Under the pieces are notes generated by a model. The model was given only the letters and a program-made list of their open reading frames with translations. It had not been told where the DNA came from and searched no databases. 64,000 bases of DNA from a bacterium (GTDB lineage Bacteria; SM23-31), in contig OZ252239.1 of assembly GCA_965249485.1 (NCBI GenBank), positions 2,944,001 through 3,008,000 on the forward strand. The letters run 5' to 3'. A program made the position numbers and the translations under genes. Positions 61,061 through 64,000 of this stretch are shown one piece after another (positions within the stretch are counted from its first letter, which is position 1; each line of letters opens with the position of its first letter).

Positions 61061-61134
61061 TAGCGGGGACAGGATTTGAACCTGTGACCTTTGGGTTATG
61101 AGCCCAACGAGCAACCAGACTGCTCCACCCCGCA
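61061..61134 (-). tRNA. tRNA-Met(CAT), initiator type
   Basis: TGCGGGGTGGAGCAGTCTGG...GGG-CTCATAA-CCC...GGTTCAAATCC...CCCCGCTA; three G-C pairs in the anticodon stem and a 1:72 mismatch; CCA not encoded. Confidence 0.95.
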
Positions 61135-61242
61135 ATATGTGTATAAAGGTATCAAATTTTCGGACAATATCAAGCTGTTTTTAGAGAGTTTCTATGGCTG
61201 TACGACAAAAAATGAAATGTTGCGCCTGATAGATAATCAATT

Positions 61243-63345
61243 CTATTCAACCGTAAAATTCCATGACTGTTCCGAACTGTTTCCCATTCTGTCTGCTACG
61301 CGAAACAGTACAGTATGAGAGCCTGAGCCAAGTGGTTCTCTGGGCAGAAAAAATATTTTATTAAAAATCGGGTCCCATTCTGCATTCACTTTATCACTGT
61401 CAACATACATTTCTAAATCATCTTCACTCTGCACTCCAGAAAGCTCATCATCAAACCAGGCGGCAATTTCCGGTCTTGTGGACGTAGTGGACGATTCATT
61501 ACGGGGGCGAATTCGCCAAATATTGGGAGGAAGTGTATCGAGGATGACGGCTACTGTCTCAAGACTGCTGAGATTGGTGCTTAATGTTCCGTCAATATGA
61601 TTCCGGTCACGGCCGATATAGTGCCATCTACCAACCCTACTTTGTGCATAGAGAGCGAGTTTGTCTTTACGAAACGGCGTACCCGAAACATTAATATCAA
61701 TTCTTGCACTTGATTTGAGGAATAGCTCTTTTGGTTCCAGGTGTATAATGCTGCCCGCAACTGGATACTGATCTTGTATAACGGTGCCGTCTTCACGGGA
61801 TGCCCTGAGCCAGATATCATTGTATAAACCATTTTCCGGAAATGTTATTGATCCGATAGAATCATCAAAATCGTGCGTTCCGCCATTCCGGGGAATTTTC
61901 ACCAAATGTAGCGGAATTTCTCCATGAAACTGATGGCTTGATGATTCTCCCTGGATATTGAGACTTTCACCAAAATCAACTTCAGACAGGGGAATCATAG
62001 CAACAAATTTTCTCTTTGAAAACGGTTTGACCGGAAGCTCGATACTGGTTCCTTCGTTCTTTCTAAGATTCACCTTTGGAGGCCTCAACTGGTCCCTGTT
62101 TGCAGTCAGCACTATTCGAAGAAAATCATCCTGATAATCCTCATAGATTGAAAACTGACGTACCGGTTTCAATGGTTTTTGATCATTGGATAATACAGGT
62201 GCTGTTTCATTAGCACTAATCGCATCTGTTTTGCCTGCAGGAAACGAAACGTCAGGAGCATAATCTTCAAGTTCTAACTCCCCACGAACATTAGTTAAGT
62301 TGCCCGAATAGTCTGCTATTGTTATTTCAAACGGAACAGTTTCGCTCTGAAACGTATGTAAATCAATGATACCATCTCCAGCCGTATAATTCCCGTAAAA
62401 TGAGAGTGAGTTTTCTATATCCTTATAGAGTTTCTGAAATCTCCCTTTATTTCTCCGCATTAAGCGATAATCTCTGTCGAGATTAATTAACCGATTTTGA
62501 TTAAAACTGAATTGGTCGTACCGGGCCTTATACACTTCAACACCATTCACTGACAGTATAAGACTGTATATACCGTAATTGTTATCGTATGTACCATTGC
62601 GGTCATACACATCGACCGCAATACCGACTTCACCCATTACCCTAATCGGTTTTTCAATTATATAAGCATCGTTCCGGAAATTATTCAACCGGACAATATG
62701 CGGCTGCCAGTCACCTTCAACAGTCGAGTACATGTTCATTGGTCTCAGACTTATTTTTGTCGGTCGGGGAGGCATGTTGTCATCGTCTAGTAGTCCTTCT
62801 TGTATCGGGTTCAGCGGTACATTATTCCGGTCACGTAATTCGAAATGCAAATGTTGCAAACGGGTTCCACTCCGTCCTGTTGTACCAAGCACGTCGCCTT
62901 TTGAAACCGGAACGGCTCCGGGTGAATACCATAAATCGATAGTATATTTACCCGCTTTTCTCTGCTCCTCTTCGGCAAGAACTTGTATATTTTTCTCGAA
63001 TTCACGAAGGTGACCATATACAGCAATATTACCATTCTTGAGCCGAAGATAAATGGCACGACCGTAACCATTTGGTGCAATCCGTAATCTATAGAGCGAT
63101 CCGTCCTCCACCGCAATTACTTTATGTCCTTCCCGCCAAATTGTTTTAATGTCGATTCCTGCATGAAATCGGTCAGGTCTGTACTCGCCAAATGCCGAAG
63201 TTATATATCGCCCATTTTCCTTTACATCCTGAATCGGCCAGACATAGTCCATGAGTGTTTGAGAACAAACATCATAAGGCATGAAACTCATTAAGACAGT
63301 GACAATTGTATAATTTGCGATTCGAATCATTAACAATTCATTCAC
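61243..63345 (-). CDS. M23 family metallopeptidase
   Basis: FGEYRPDRFHAGIDI, VYGHL, HLHFELR; Ig-like C-terminus. Confidence 0.9.
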   Translation of the reverse strand: MNELLMIRIANYTIVTVLMSFMPYDVCSQTLMDYVWPIQDVKENGRYITSAFGEYRPDRFHAGIDIKTIWREGHKVIAVEDGSLYRLRIAPNGYGRAIYLRLKNGNIAVYGHLREFEKNIQVLAEEEQRKAGKYTIDLWYSPGAVPVSKGDVLGTTGRSGTRLQHLHFELRDRNNVPLNPIQEGLLDDDNMPPRPTKISLRPMNMYSTVEGDWQPHIVRLNNFRNDAYIIEKPIRVMGEVGIAVDVYDRNGTYDNNYGIYSLILSVNGVEVYKARYDQFSFNQNRLINLDRDYRLMRRNKGRFQKLYKDIENSLSFYGNYTAGDGIIDLHTFQSETVPFEITIADYSGNLTNVRGELELEDYAPDVSFPAGKTDAISANETAPVLSNDQKPLKPVRQFSIYEDYQDDFLRIVLTANRDQLRPPKVNLRKNEGTSIELPVKPFSKRKFVAMIPLSEVDFGESLNIQGESSSHQFHGEIPLHLVKIPRNGGTHDFDDSIGSITFPENGLYNDIWLRASREDGTVIQDQYPVAGSIIHLEPKELFLKSSARIDINVSGTPFRKDKLALYAQSRVGRWHYIGRDRNHIDGTLSTNLSSLETVAVILDTLPPNIWRIRPRNESSTTSTRPEIAAWFDDELSGVQSEDDLEMYVDSDKVNAEWDPIFNKIFFLPREPLGSGSHTVLFRVADRMGNSSEQSWNFTVE

Positions 63346-64000
63346 TCCTGTATTGTATTCCGGGAAAAGATTGCATCCACTAATTCGTCGCTGTTTTCAA
63401 ATCCCGTAAATACATAATCTGGATTCATGGTTTGCAGCTCCTGCTCGTTTTTTAAATGCTGTGATATTCCTATCGTCTTTGCACCCACAATTTTTCCACA
63501 TTTTATATCCTCAATTGTGTCACCGATCACTACTACGTTGTGAGGCAAATATTCTACATCATAATATTCTTCTGCACGTTGGACTGCTATTTCAGTAAGT
63601 TCGGTCCGTAAATATCCGTCATTACCATAAGCACCAACAGGAAATGCCTCATTGAGCTCAAATGGACCCAACTTAATTCGTGCTCCTGTTTCAATATTCC
63701 CGGTCAAAAGTCCAAGATGGCAATATGGAGTTGCTTGTAGTCTCTTGATGAGTGCGGCAACACCTGGATAAAGCCGCGCATCATTTTTCGCATTATAGTA
63801 GAGGTTCAAATAGGTGATATATCGATCAAGAATATCATCACGTACACTGCTAATATCAGCTTCTGAGAAACCTTCTTTTTGTAACAAATCAGTTACTATG
63901 AGTATATCTGTTTTACCTGCAAAAAAACCTGGTTCGAATGAGATATTTTTCTTTAATGTATCCTGGAATGATTGTGACATAGAACGGCGGGCTCCTGCAC
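63342..64000 (-). CDS. HAD-family hydrolase (5' end outside the window)
   Basis: GKTD, LYPGV, LGLLTGN, VVIGDT..DIKCG. Confidence 0.85.
   Translation of the reverse strand, partial: AGARRSMSQSFQDTLKKNISFEPGFFAGKTDILIVTDLLQKEGFSEADISSVRDDILDRYITYLNLYYNAKNDARLYPGVAALIKRLQATPYCHLGLLTGNIETGARIKLGPFELNEAFPVGAYGNDGYLRTELTEIAVQRAEEYYDVEYLPHNVVVIGDTIEDIKCGKIVGAKTIGISQHLKNEQELQTMNPDYVFTGFENSDELVDAIFSRNTIQE

Noticed and set aside
1..64000. CRISPR array, IS element, prophage or rRNA
   Set aside because: No regularly spaced repeats, transposase, integrase, phage genes or rRNA-like sequence seen

Overview
AT-rich bacterial chromosomal segment, almost all on the minus strand. The gene set suggests a Gram-negative FCB-superphylum-type organism, but the lineage cannot be fixed from this window. 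Left (1-14.6 kb): housekeeping block (mutS, SPOR protein, lapB/lapA, miaB, mtaB, rpsA with a long repeated acidic tail, rluB, scpB, scpA, trpS, HNH nuclease). Middle (15-53 kb): a large flagellar basal-body/hook/export/motor cluster (flgBC, fliEFGHIJ, motE-like, fliK, flgD, a TIGR02530-type gene, flgE, flbD, motAB, fliL, fliM, fliY/N, fliOPQR, flhBAFG, fliA). It is headed by a PAS histidine kinase and an NtrC-type activator and followed by a block of unknown accessory genes. Right (53-64 kb): DASS and SSS transporters, a broken S9 peptidase, an M24-type peptidase, a small islet bounded by tRNA-fMet and a duplicate of its 3' part, an M23 peptidase and a partial HAD hydrolase. Best leads from reading the DNA: (i) a two-hairpin RNA element in the flgE leader directly behind a function-unknown gene with an RNA-acting-type motif; (ii) a sigma28-like promoter plus terminator defining a ~110-nt opposite-strand RNA between flgE and flbD; (iii) six sigma54 promoters with a shared 13-bp palindrome near five of them; (iv) four small proteins sharing a FliK-like C-terminal tail; (v) many in-frame stops and lost conserved residues concentrated in flagellar and accessory genes (decay, DNA damage or sequencing error cannot be separated without reads).
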